Program-made: the position numbers and the translations under genes
Shown here: positions 37,745 to 50,599 of the stretch, one piece after another
How the letters are laid out: every line of letters begins with the position of its first letter
How positions within the stretch are numbered: position 1 is the first letter of the stretch
The notes under the pieces: generated by a model
Told to the model about the DNA's origin: nothing
The model's input: the letters and a program-made list of their open reading frames with translations, nothing else
Database searches by the model: none
NCBI RefSeq assembly: GCF_963921235.1
Contig: NC_086097.1
Coordinates: forward strand, 167,526,001 to 167,590,000
DNA from: Mobula hypostoma
Lineage: Eukaryota
Direction: 5' to 3'
Length of the DNA: 64,000 nt

Positions 37745-38306
37745 TACACCCAGTCGCCACTTTATTAGACACACATGCTCATTAATGCAAATTTATAATC
37801 AGTCAATCATGTGGCAACAACCCCATGCATGAAAACATGTAGACAAGGTCAAGAGGTTCCATTGTTGTTCAGATCAAACATCAGAATGGGGAAGGAATGT
37901 GATCAAAGTGACTTTAACCATGGAATGATTATTGGTGCCAGATGGGGTGGTTTGGGAATCTCAGAAACTGCTGATCTCCTGGAATTTTCCCACAGAACAG
38001 TGTCCAGAGTTTACAGAGAGTGGTGTGTAAAACAAAAAAAATATCCAGTAAGCACAGTTCTATGGGCGAAAACGCCTTGCTAATGTGAGAGGTCAGAGGA
38101 GAATGGCAGACTAGTTCAAGCAGACAGGGAGGTGGTAGTAACTTCGATAGTAACTCAAACAACAATGTGTTGTAGAGCATCTCTAAATGTACAACACATC
38201 GAACCTTGAAATGGTTGGCCTACAGTTGCAGAAGACTATCAACATACAATCAGCGGCCACTTTATCAGGTTTCAGGGGTTATCCAATAAAGCAGCCTCTG
38301 GGTGTA
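37745..38306 (+). mobile_element. Non-autonomous Tc1-like element with palindromic right end
   Basis: Left TIR tacacccagtcgccactttattag; MGKECDQSDFNHGMIIGARWGGLGISETADLLEFSHRTVSRVYREW; right end aataaagcagcctctgggtgta. Confidence 0.85.
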
Positions 38307-38349
38307 TATTCTGCATTCTGTTATTGCTTCTCCCTTGGAACACCTTAAT

Positions 38350-39665
38350 CAAGTTCAAGTTAATTGTTATCTGACCGTACGTATATACAACCAAACAAAG
38401 TAACATTCCTCAAGACCACGGTGCAGCCACAATACATATATCACTCACAGCACATAAACCAAAATATTATATGTAATGAAGTTAATAAAATATCATTCAA
38501 AATGCAAGTAGTAAATGCAGCACAGGTAAGAAGTAAACAGTAAACAGTAGAGAAAACAGCTCGCTGTCTTAGTAATGAGCCCTTCATGGTGGTAGGGTAT
38601 TCATTCGTCTCACAACTTGAAGGAAGGAGCTGTTACCCAATATGAAAGTCCTAGTCCTGCTGCTCTGTGCCTCTTTACTTGATGGTATGGCTAAGAGAGA
38701 TTGTGGGATGGGTGGTAGGAATCCTCAACATTGTTTTGGACCTTTGTTAGCAACTCTACCAGTAAATGTCACAAATATGGAGGACGGGGGACCTCTAGGT
38801 GGTTCTTACTATCCTTTGTAGGGTCTTGCGGTCTGAACCTTGCAGTTTCCACACCACACAATGATGTGGCCAGATAGGACACTCTCAATGGTGCTCTTGT
38901 AGCAAGTTGTTAGAACAGGGGGTGGGGAGCCTTCCATACCTCAGTCTCCTCAGAAGGTGTAGACACTGCTGTGCCTTCTTGACTAATGAAGAGGTACTGT
39001 GGGTCCAGGTTAGATTGCCTGTTATGTTTACACTGAACTTCATGCTCTTCACTCTCTCCAGGGCAGAGCCGTTGATGTGCAATAGAGAGTGCTCGACCTG
39101 CACCTTCCTCAAGTCCACAATCATCTCTTTTGTCTTGTCTACACTGAGACTCAGGTTGTTGTTCTCACACCATTTGACAAGGTTCAACCACCACTCTGTA
39201 TATCAGCTCATCATTGTTGCTGATGAGGCCAACCACTGCAGTATCATCAGCGAATGATGATGTGGTTTAAGCTGAATCCAGCAGTGAAGCCATGAGTCAG
39301 CAGCATGAACAGCATGGAGCTGAACACTCAGCCCTAGGGGGGCACCAGTGCTCAGTGTGATGGAGCTTGAGATGTTGCTTCCTACTCAGACTGACTGGGG
39401 CCTTTCCATCCAGAAGTCCAAGATCCAGTTACTAAGAGGGGTACTGAGTCCCAGCGAGGAAATTTTACACATCTGTTTCTGAGGGATGATTGTATTAAAC
39501 TCTGAGGAACAACATCCTGGTGTATGAGGCATCATCTACAGACCAGTTTGAACAGTAGGCAAATTGGAAAGAATCCAATGTAGCTGGAAGGTGTGATATT
39601 TAATGATCCATTACCAGCCTTCAAAGTACTTCAAGATTGTTGAAGTCGGTGCCACTGGGCGGTAA
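38350..39665 (-). mobile_element. Rex1/Babar-type LINE fragment
   Basis: Minus ORF LVKWCENNNLSLSVDKTKEMIVDLRK..LVKKAQQCLHLLRRLR; upstream GAPLGLSVQ and ADDT remnants; tcaagt-repeat tail at ~38350. Confidence 0.8.
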
Positions 39666-40591
39666 TTATTAATGTCCTTAATCATTTAATGTACTTATGT
39701 TTTGACATTGTCTGCACAGATGGCTTCCGAACTAAGTTTTTCACTGTATCTTGATACATGTGGCAAAAATAAACCAATTACTAATTCCAATTCCAGCCTT
39801 TATGGAATATGTTTCTCACTCGTTTCCCATCTCAAAATAAAATGATACATTGGCAAACTATTTGGATTGTTCCCCTGAGAGTGTCTTCCAGTTTAAACCA
39901 ACGGATCAGCCTATAACAATTTTATTGGCACGTAGAATGCTTTTTTTGGGTATGAACTAGAAGGGGAACATTTCTGCAGTGCTTTGATAGAATTGAAAGG
40001 CAGCAGAAGAAATGCTATTGGTCGTAGTCAGTATGATCCAAATAGTGTTCTTCTGCAATGTAACATTTTTTGACTTCTGGGACCTGATGGAGGCAGACCC
40101 ACTGAACCCATGTCAGTCACCAGTGGTAGTATGACCAGAGAGAACATCTGCCTAGCTGTGTAACTCAGTGTCAGCCTTAGGAAATTTCCCAGGGTAACTT
40201 CTAATAACATGCCCTCAGAATTTCCCTTGTGAAGTGTTGTGCCTGCAGTTGGAAAGTGGTAGCAAGTAGTCCAGGATCCAATGCAGGATTTAACTGCCTG
40301 TGGGACTGTTAAACTGGCAGAGAACATTGGGGCTTCTTTGGATCTCAAGGAACGAGAAGGCAACTTTCTCTGAGATAGCTGGGTGAGCTGTACATTGAAC
40401 ATCTAAGGTGGTTAAGCTTTTATACCAAGCTTCAAACTTTCCACAGTCAACAGCACAGTTGCAGACTTAGCGTATCACAGGTGGATCACAAACTTCCTCT
40501 CTGATAGGAAGCAGCATGTGAAACAAGGCAAGCACATCTCTACACCCCACTCAGCCAGCATTCGTGGGCCATTGGGTTCCCTCTCCTCTCT

Positions 40592-40855
40592 AGTGAGTGG
40601 CAGTTCCGTGGGCAAAAGCACCTTGTTGATGTGAGAAGTCAGAGGAGAACGGCCAGACTGGTTCGAACTGACAGGAAGGAGTCGGTAACTTATATAACCA
40701 CACGTTACAACAGTGGTGTGCAGAAGAACATCTCTGAATACACAACATGTCGAACGTTGAAGTGGATGGGCTGCAGCAGCAGAAGACCATGAACATACAC
40801 ACTCAGCGGCCAACTTATTAGCTACTTTACTTAATAAAGTGGCCACTGAGTGCGT
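40592..40855 (+). mobile_element. Right half of Tc1-like non-autonomous element
   Basis: Homologous to 315-500 and 38050-38306; ends taataaagtggccactgagtg. Confidence 0.8.
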
Positions 40856-42597
40856 GTCCAGGGCAGAGAAGTGGGCACAAAGCATCATTGCAGTCATTAC
40901 CCACCGGCAAATGCCTTTTCCAAAACCTCCCTTCTGGAATGCGCTATAGAACTATTAAAACAAAAACTTCACACCATCTTAGAAGTTTCTTCCCCCATTC
41001 AATCAATCTGATCAACTGTTCTAGTAACCTGCCACCCCCACCCCTCTCTATCTACAGATGTACTGTACTGTGGAGAGCATTCTGACAGGCTGCATCATGG
41101 TGCCAAAGTTAGTAGTGGAGAAGGACACAGTAGGAACTTTCGAAAGATATTATGATAGGCACATGGATGAAAGTAAAATGGAGGGTTATGGGCTGTGTAG
41201 GAGGAAAGGGTTAAACTGATAGAGAAGTAGGTTTATTTAGGTCAATAAACATTGTGGGCTGAAGGCCTGTACAGAGCTGTACTGTTCTATATTTTGTGTT
41301 CTGATTTGCCACACCAGACGATGATCTAACCAAAGAGGTAAAGAATTATTAAACAGGTAAATTGGTTTATTGTTTTCACACGTACCAGGGCACAGCAAAA
41401 AAACTTTGCTCTGCTTGCCAACCATACAGAACATTTTATTGCATCACATGCATTGAGGTAGTACAATTACAGAATGCAGAATGAAGTGTTATAGTTACAG
41501 AAAAAGTCCAGTGCTGGCAGAGAAAAAGGTGCAAAGCCATAACAATGTAGGTTGTGAGGGCAAGAATCAATCTTGTTGTACAAGGGGCCCATTCAATAGT
41601 CTTATAACTGTGCGTTAGAAGCTGTCCTTGAGCCTGGTACATGTTCTCTGGCTATTTTATCTTGATGGGAGGGGTGAGAAGAGAGAACGTCCAGGCTGGG
41701 TGGTGACTTTGATTACGTTATCTCCTCTACTGAGACGTCGGGAAGGGTAAAACAGAATCCATGCAGAGGAAGCTGGTTTCCATGATGTGGCCACAATTCT
41801 CTCTGGCTGGGTGTTCTGTTTGAGAAAAGTAACCATGCAGTTAACAATCACACCTTTACGCCATGAGTTTGCCTTCGGACGATGGTGATGTGTACCTTTA
41901 AGGCATAATATCCAACGGTATATACTTTCCCTTCAAGGAGCTGAAGAGATATTTTATTCAATACTTACTTTCAATGTATGTTTGAGCTGCATGACATATT
42001 CACTTCTGGAGTCTGCATTCTGCCTCCAAAAGTCAATGAGTCATCCTGTAAGCAGACAGGACATAAAGGTTGGACCAGTCATAGTGGGCAGAAGGACCCA
42101 CTTCTGTGCTGTACATTTGTACATGTGCTGTACATGCTGTGCATGTCGCCATGGCAATGCAGACTGGTTACTAGATGAGACAGTGAAAGGAAGGAGCTGG
42201 AAGACCATCTGAACTCAGGGGACTTTTCAAAACCGGTTAAGGGGGAGAAAGAAAAGATAATTTTCCACCCATTTTCTTCACAACCGCTCACATAGTTGAG
42301 GCCTTTTGAATCGCCCAGGTGTAAGCCCATTCATGATATTACACCGGCCAGTTCAGGACATGCCAAAGGTCAGTGGGCATGCACCTGACCTCTGGTTCAA
42401 TCCCTTGACTTGAAATGAGATGTTGGATACAGCTTGTATTTGGCACCTTTGCTGTATGCCAGTTCCACAGCCACTCACTGGGATGGGGTCATTGGCCGTG
42501 TTTCAAAGGGTGAGCTTAGCTAAGTAATTTCTTTAGCTTTATTTTCTTTACATTCTATCGTGTAAGACAGTGGTAATAAAGCTGAGCAATACACACA

Positions 42598-42710
42598 GAT
42601 CCCGATGAAGGGTCTCAACCCGAAACATCAACTGTTTATTCATTTCCATAGATATTACCCGGCCTGTTGAGTTCCTCCTGAATTTTGTGTGTGCCGCTCT
42701 GGATTTCTTG
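42598..42710 (+). mobile_element. PLE-derived short repeat (degenerate hammerhead core)
   Basis: cccGATGAagggtctcaacccGAAAcatc..tttccatagat..gttgagttcctcc. Confidence 0.65.
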
Positions 42711-44960
42711 TGTTGATAATAAACCTGATTCTGATTCTGATATATTCATCGACATAGTGATATTTTAAATTGATTAGCATTAGGTAAGTTTACTGTGAAG
42801 TGATACTTTTCTATTTGTTTTTAATTTTACAGTGATTTAAGTATATTTCAACTGTTTTTACATATCTCTGATCATCAGGGCAGGCCTCAGTTTCCACCAC
42901 TCGAGGACCAGTAAGTGCTCCTGCACCAACCTGTTTCACTGGACAGTTGCATCGGGGACCATGTTAGTGTGAGCCAGGAATGATATGGCAAAATGTACTC
43001 AGTCATTCCAAGTACAATTCAAAAAGCCATGAATGTTCCTCAAAAACAAAAGCACATCCTCTGTCGAAGCTCCTGAGGAGACAAATTCACTTTATTTAAC
43101 GTTGATCACAGCTCTACAGTCCATTCCCCCAAACCCAACTGAATGCTCCCCTAGTAAAGATAATTACTTTATAAATAGACACAAGAATTGAAAGAAGGTA
43201 TCCCACTACTTGAGCTGTTTTGCACAGTGATTATCTATGGAACGAGCTGCCAGAGGAATTGACAGAAGAGGGTGCAATTACAACATTTTAAAGTTGAATG
43301 GATAGGTCAGGAAACGAGAGCCAAACACAGGTGAACATGGGCAACTTAGGCAGCATGGATGATTTGGGCTGAAGGGCATATTTCAATGCTGTGTAAAACT
43401 AAATCTGGCCATTCCTGCCAGTCATTTATCTGTGATATTGTCCTAGTTTTTCATTCTCTATTATAATAGTCTGATCTGCTGAGGTGTGACTCAAAGCCCT
43501 ACTATTAGTAACAGTTCACACAAAGAAATGTAATCACCTTCTTATTGTCCTATTCATCCATTGACCTAGTCTCACCCTACCACAGACATTTCCCTTGTCC
43601 TATCCATTCCTCTGTCACCTTCTCTGCACTTAAAATTATTCCCCATTTCTCACTTCTGTTGGAGAGGCTGTAGCCTGAATTATTAGCTCTGTTTCTTTTT
43701 CTACATATGCTGCCTGACTTTCTGAATATTTCTTTCTTTCAGATTTCCAGTATCTGCAATTTTTGTGTTAATTCTCATTTCATTCTGTCTTCCTGAGTCA
43801 TCAGTACAACCCTGCATGCAGGAAGCAGAGGATGTGCCTTTACGAAGTGCCAGTGGTGAAGTTTGGTAGAACGCTGCTTTAATAGACTGGGAAGCTGTTT
43901 CAATCTAAAAGCCTTTCAAGGTCACAATCTCTAATGCTATTGCACTAATACTGGAATGTTCTTATCAGGTAGGATTTTTTCCCAGTCCACTCACAACTTA
44001 AATTGCAATGTGAAACCCTTTACTTCAACTGCCCTGTAATACAGTATGATGACATTCTGAAATTGTTTATAAAGCCAAAGTCCCAACCCGTCACTCTAAA
44101 AATCCAGTCTGTCCACCGCTGGGACACGGTAATGATCATCTGGCAAGTACACTGCAGTTACTCACTAGGCTACTCCAAGGGCACCTTCTGAACCTGTAAC
44201 CCGCACAACTTGATAGGCTGGAGCAGCAGACCATGCATGCTCAGACCCTGGAATTTTCATCACACGTCTCAAATTGGAAAGTTAAGAAGAATGTGAGTTT
44301 TTTTTCTAAATCTGGATTTGAAATATTGGCTTCACTTTGCACTTGTTATCGGAGCTGAGGTAGTTTTCACCTGCAAATCCTACACATCAGGAGTTCCCAA
44401 TCTTTTTTATGCCATGGATCAGCACCATTAAGCAAGGGGTCTGTGGAACCCAGGTTGAGAAACATTGCTATACATGAATATTCAGGACTTCATTTCAGCC
44501 CTGGATCAGAATCTAAAAACATGTCAGAGTATCACTGAACCTACTGTATAGTTGGAAAACTGCTGTGCATCATGCCGTTCACAAGAGCTCACCACTCTTG
44601 GCCATTTTCCTTGTTGGAACCACTGTGTTCAGACCAGATCTTGATGAATTCAAAATCCCCCTAACTAATGGCAAAATTTTAATTTGCTGGATACCACAGG
44701 TGGGTCGATAATTTCTCCTGTGTAGTTTCCTAACTCAAAGTTTAATCTATAATCACTAATATTTTATAAGGAAACAGTATTGGGGATGTTTCATAACATA
44801 GTCATATCAAATACATTTTAAAGTATAAGACTATAAGATATAGGAGCAGAATTAGGCCATTCAGCCCACTGAATCTACTCCACCAATCATGGTTGATATT
44901 TTCAACCCATTCTCTCATCTTCTCCCCATTACCCTCAACACCTAACCAATCAAATATATT

Positions 44961-45630
44961 TGTCATAGTCTAACTAATATAAATATAGTGCTCTCAGTAT
45001 ACTAGATGAATTGTTAACTGTTGATCGCTTATTATCAAAATAGCTTCTCTGAAGTGTTATATTAAGATGGCTTCTCATAATGTTAACTGCTGAGCAGGGG
45101 GTTCTCTGTAACTGCAATGTTTGGGTTATACAGTGTGATAATGGAAATTGTGTTCATTTGTTAGCCAATGGAAGTCATGTTCTGTTATCTTGTATATGTG
45201 CGCTGAGTTGAGGAGCGCGGGCTTTCTCGGGAGGCCAGCGGAGAGGACGGACGTGTGAGGAACGGACAGCGGTTCCAGGGTGGCAGATACCGGACCTCGG
45301 GGGTTCGGAGGGTGGCCGGAGTCTCGGAAAGATGTTATGGATGGAATCGGAGGCGTGAGCTCCAACGTATTAAAATATTATGTGCACTAGACTGATAAGT
45401 TACTTATGTGGCGCCTTTTCTTGTAGTTGTTTCTACTAACCCATCACCACAAATTTGCCATAAGGTATAATTCTTTACTCGCACTTTGTATATTGTTTCA
45501 TATTTGTGTCATGGCTGATCATTGGGTGACTCACACCTTATCCGCACCAAAGCAATTGCACTGTTTGGCGGGGTCAACGGCTATTCACCCTAGGCAACGG
45601 GGGGGGGTCAGTGGGGCAAAGACCGTTACA
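44961..45630 (+). mobile_element. Probable solo LTR, ~670 bp, CpG-rich core
   Basis: TGTCATAGTC...GACCGTTACA (7/10 inverted match); CCAAT and TATA-like boxes at ~45165-45200; TSD not clean. Confidence 0.55.
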
Positions 45631-46967
45631 TAAAAATACACATAAAAATATTTTATTTCAATTGTATACATGTACTTTGTACAAAAGTAGGCAGAGATTT
45701 TACATATTACAGTTACTATTTAACCAATTTCATTTTTTTATTTGAACACACACTGATTGATATCTGGAACGTGCTGCCAGAAGAGGTGGTAGAATAAGAT
45801 ACTTTTATTATGCTTAAGAGGTGTTTAGACAGATATGCAAATAGACAAGGCAGAGAATGCAGACAAATGGAATTCATGTAGACAGACAATAAGGTTGCAT
45901 ATACTTGAAGGGCTGAAGGGTCCACTCCTGTGCTGTATGACTCTATGGCCCAGTGACATCCACAGACTTGGGCTTCTTGCACAAGAAAAGGTCTGCTATG
46001 GTGAGTCAGACCTAAAGAGATATTTATTTACTGTTTTCTGTTTGGAAAATAAACTTTATTCATAATAGTTAGAAGAATATACATGGTGCAAAGTTCTTTG
46101 CATTCTTAGTGTAATTTGGTCACTAGGTCAGTGGTGCTGGTTTTATACCTAGTAATGTCAGCATACCTTTTTTGTACATTGCATAATTGCTACTCAGGTG
46201 GTCCTCTGTTTCCGTTGACTGAAGGGCGACCCCGCTAGACTCAGCCCCTCAATGTTCAGTAGTGGAAGAAGCTAAAACTCTGGTCCTTCCCCATAGAGAC
46301 TTTGCATTAGCAGCACCAAGCTTCAGTGCATCTCCCAGCATGTATTCCTGCAACCTAGAATACGCCCATTGGTAGCATTCTTATGGACATGCTGGAACAT
46401 CAACAAATTTCAGACAGACCGAAGAGCATTTTTCATAAAGTTAATGACCTTCCTCCTGCACTTGATGGCCATTCTCTGTGTGTGACGCTGCGCTGGGAAC
46501 AGCCCATAAATTAGAGAGATCTCTATTCTGTGTGCGACACTGGGAACAGCCCATAAACTAGAGAGGTCTCTATTCTGTAGCTGCTCAGAAAGAATGAAGA
46601 CGAGGATCCTCACAACATTACAGAGGCATGAGAGAGGAGATGGCCAAAGGTGATTGGAAGGGGATGATGGTAAAGCAGCAATGGCTGGAGTTTCTGGGGA
46701 CAATTCAGAAGGTGTAGGATAGATATATCCTAAAGCAGAAGTATTCTAAAGATAGAATAATGCAGCTATGGCTGACAAGGGAAAGCCAAAAAGAGGTCAT
46801 ATAATGGAGCAAAAAAAAATTGTGGGAAATTAGAGAACTAGGAGGCTCTTAAAAAGCAACAGAAGGCAACTAAAAAAGTCATAAAGTTCAAACAGACTGA
46901 ATACAAAGGTAAGTTAATCAATATTATTAGAGAGAATACCAAAAGATTCTTCAAATACCAAAAGATT

Positions 46968-48063
46968 CTTTGAGTGATTATGCAGGAAGCTTGAAGTTAA
47001 TAACTCATCTCCTTCTACCTTAGGCCATGAACTTATCAATCACCCCTGATGAGCTATTAACTTCAAACTTCCTCCATAATCACTCAAAGAGTTGAAATGC
47101 ACGTTCATGTAACGAGAGCTGTATAACATATCTCCCTCTACCTTAGGCCACGAACTTATCAATCACTCCTGCTGTGGACACTTTCTGGAAGTCCAAGACC
47201 CATATGCTTCATGACCGTAGGACTAAAGGCTGATTTATACTTGTGCGTCAAATGTATGCCGTAGGTACGGTGTAGTGGCGTACCCTACGCTGTATCTACG
47301 CTGAACCCTATGCCATAACCTAACGCACACCTCTCCCAAAATGTAACTACGTGTCGCGGCGTCGCAGACCGCAACAACTGTGATTGGTCTGTTTGGTAGC
47401 ATCGGATTTCCTCCTGCGCTGCAATAGCTTCCCATTGGGCGACTGAAAGGCAGGGAAGGAACTCTGGCTGCAATGCTTTCTATAAAGCTTTACAGACCTC
47501 CGAAATTATGGAGGAGCCTGTGCTTGACGCCAGTTTGTAGCTATCTGCTACAGCCTGTTGACTTCCACCTGAAGCTAAAACTCGAATGGTGATTGCCACT
47601 GATGCAAAATAAATGGTTGGAGATGATGAACCAAATCGTCAAATCTACCTGCCGACATCCGAAAATATTTGAAATGCATTTCCTCGTCCATGCCTCTCAG
47701 TGGCCGGACAAGCACAGAAAATTCACCCTCCTTCAGTTTCAGTCGCCAATGTTTGAAGTTTGAGTTTCTTCGTATTGAGTTTCAACACGAAGAAACTCAA
47801 CACAGTGGCATAGAAACCCCACCGCCAACTAGTATTTTGGTGGTGAATTGCAGAGCGACGCAGACACACCAACGCACAAGTATAAATGCCCACAACGGTG
47901 TATCCCACTTGCGTAGGCTACGGCGTAAGCTAGTATGCACAAGTATAAATTAGCCTTAAGCATGTAAATGTAGAAGGGGACTATGTTGAAAAATAAATGT
48001 GCTAGGTTTTCTAAAATTGACTCCTTCTACCTTAGGCCACGAAATTATCAATCACCTCTTGTA
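46968..48063 (-). mobile_element. Rearranged mariner-type non-autonomous element with three same-orientation TIR copies
   Basis: 39-bp unit ctccttctaccttaggccaYgaacttatcaatcacccct at 47009-47047, 47132-47170 and 48021-48059; the last ends in tgTA, after which the host CR1 resumes. Confidence 0.65.
47227..47956. mobile_element. PIF/Harbinger-type MITE, 730 bp
   Basis: 22-bp TIR aggctgatttatacttgtgcgt vs aggctaatttatacttgtgcat (20/22); 3-bp TSD TAA (47224-47226, 47957-47959); CpG-rich subterminal acgc/gcgt repeats. Confidence 0.85.
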
Positions 48064-50599
48064 TATAAAGAGCAAAAGAGAGGCAAGAGTAGATATTAGA
48101 CCACTCAAAAAGGATGTTGGAGAGGTAGTATTGGGGGACAAGGAAATGGTGTATGAACTGAATAGGTATTTTGCATCAGCCTTCACTGTGGAAGACACTA
48201 GCAGTATGTCAGAAGTTCGAGAGTGTTAGGGGGCAGAAATGAGAGAAGATGGCATTACTAGGGAGAAGGTGCTTGGGAAACTGAGAAGTCTAAAGACAGA
48301 TAAATCACCTGTACCACACAGTGTACATCCCAGAGTTCTGAATGAGGGTGGCTGAAGATATTGTGGGGGGATTAGTAATAATCTTTCAAGAATCAATTGA
48401 TCAATGGAAAATTGCAAATGTCAGTCCACTCTTCAAAAAGGGAGAGAGGCAAAAGAAAGGAAATTATAGGCCAGTTACTTTGACCTCAGTGATTGGGAAG
48501 ATGTTGGAGTCGATTGATAAGGATGTGGTTTCAGGGTACTCCATGGCATATGATAAAATAGCCCAAAATCAGCATGGTTTCCTTAAGGGAAAACTTCGCC
48601 TGACAAATCTGTTGGAATTCTTAGAAGAAATAACAATCAGGATTGACAAGGAGAGTCAGTTGATGTTGTATACAGGGATTTTCAGAAGGCCGTTGATAAG
48701 ATGCCACACATGAGGCTGCTTGGATAAAGCAGTGGCTGATTGGCAGGAGGCAAAGAGTGGGGATAAAGGGAGCCTTTTCTAGTTGGCTACCTGTAAGAGT
48801 GGTGTTCCACAGGGGTCTGTGTTAGGCCTGCTTCTTTTTATTTTATATGTAAATAATTTGGATGATGGAATTGATGGCATTGTGACCGAATTTGAGTACG
48901 GTACAAAGATAGGTGGAGGGGCAGGTAGTGTTGAAGAAGCAGCAATGCTGCAGAAGGACTTAGACAGATTAGGAGCCTGGGCAAAAAAGTGGCAGATGGA
49001 ACAGTGTCTGGTAATGTATGGTCATGCACTTTGATAGAAGCAAAAAAAAAGCATAGACTATTTCCTAAATGGAGAGTGAATTCAAAAATCTGAGGTGCAA
49101 AGGGACTTGGAAGTGATTGTGCAGGATTCCTTAAAGGTTAATTTGCAGGTTGGTGAGGAAGGCAAATGCAAAGTTAGCAGTCATTTCAAGAGGACTAGAG
49201 TATAAAAGCAAGGATATAATGTTGAGGCCTCACTTGGAGTACGGTGAACAGGTTTGGAATCCTTATCTAAGAAGGGATGTGCTGACATTAGAGAGAGTTC
49301 AAAGGAAGTTCGGGGAGTGAAAGGCTTATCATATGATGACCCTGAACCTGTACTCACTTGAATTTAAAAGAATGAGGCGGGATCTCATTGAAACCTATCC
49401 AATGTTGAAAGGCTTCAACAGAGTGGATGTGGAGAGGATTTTTCCTATGGTGGAGGAGCCTAAGACCAAAGGACTCAGCCTCAGAATAGAAGGACGTTCT
49501 TTGGAATGTAGGTGACGAGGAATTTCTTTACCCAGAGAGTGGTGAATCTGTGGAATTTGTTGCTGAGGAGGCCAAGTCATTGGATATATTTAACACAGAG
49601 GCTCATAGATTCTTGACCGGTCAGGGCATGAAGGAATACAGGGAGAAGGCAGAAGACTGGGGTTGAGAGGAAAATGGATCAGACATGATGAAATAGTGGA
49701 GCAGACTGGGTGGGCAAAGTGCCTAAATTCTGCTCCTTTATCTTATGGTCTAACATTTTCCTGACCCTCTTGGCAAACGTACAGTCTGCAAAGAGGTGAA
49801 CAACTCTATCACAGTTGGCCTGAGGGCAGCATGCATTGGAAGTGATATTCTACCATATAGGAAGTATCTAACAGGCAGAGCATCACCAGCCAAGTGGGGT
49901 CATAGTGATTGTCAGTGAGTTCTGGCAATAAGGCATCCTGCCAGATGAGTCGGACATCTGCTCAGAGAACCACCGCAGAGTATCTCTCCATTGGTTCCTT
50001 GTCCTGTAGCATATGCAGGGTATTTTGTGCTGTGGATTTCTGGTCAAAGGTGTTGGTCTGGAACTAGTTTTTCATGAGGAATGGGTAGCGTTGCAAAGTC
50101 TGACTAACATTGTATGATATCTAGATCACCATTCACATATAATTCACCAGTGTCAGATCTATAAGCACCATGATCATAGTCTTGAGAATGCTCTTCTTGG
50201 TGAAGATGCAGTGAACAAGCTTATGGCCAACTGTCCCAGGACTTCCCTCTCCTCCAGTGCTGACATCTCTTGGCAATCCAGCCACACCACCATGATCCTC
50301 ACCTCATGACCAGGATATTCCACACAACCCCGCAATAAATACAAACCACAGGTGTTAAATGTCATTTGGAGCCCAATAGGTGAAATACTTGAATGTGGAT
50401 CCTTAGCAAACAAAGGGAGGCAGCATCAAACAGGCCCTTCAGTCCATCAAAACTATGCCAAACATCAAACATCCATTTTTATACCAATGCTACCCGAACA
50501 AATTTTATGAACCAATATACCTTAACACACCCACCTAACCCTTCAAATATTTCATTTTTATACCAGTCCCATCTACCTCCCCACATGCATTCAAATCTC

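Larger units (their letters stand above)
46620..49751 (+). mobile_element. 5'-truncated CR1 LINE nested in Tx1
   Basis: WKIANVSPLFKKG..NYRPVTLTS, QHGFLKGK, GVPQGSVLG; 3' end tcttatggtct; TSD AACATT (46614-46619, 49752-49757). Confidence 0.85.
46040..50400 (-). mobile_element. Tx1-type (L1 group) LINE 3' part, split by CR1
   Basis: Minus-strand remnants VVHLFADCTFAKRV (~49760-49805) continue across the insertion to SLVYGLFP, VINFMKNALRSV and RLQEYMLGDALKLGAANAKSLWGRT (~46280-46380); AATAAA and A-rich tail near 46040-46065. Confidence 0.75.

Noticed and set aside
47009..48059. Three 39-bp direct repeats as a CRISPR-like array
   Set aside because: Eukaryotic context, no cas genes, long unequal spacers derived from the element itself, and the last repeat ends at a TA transposon terminus.
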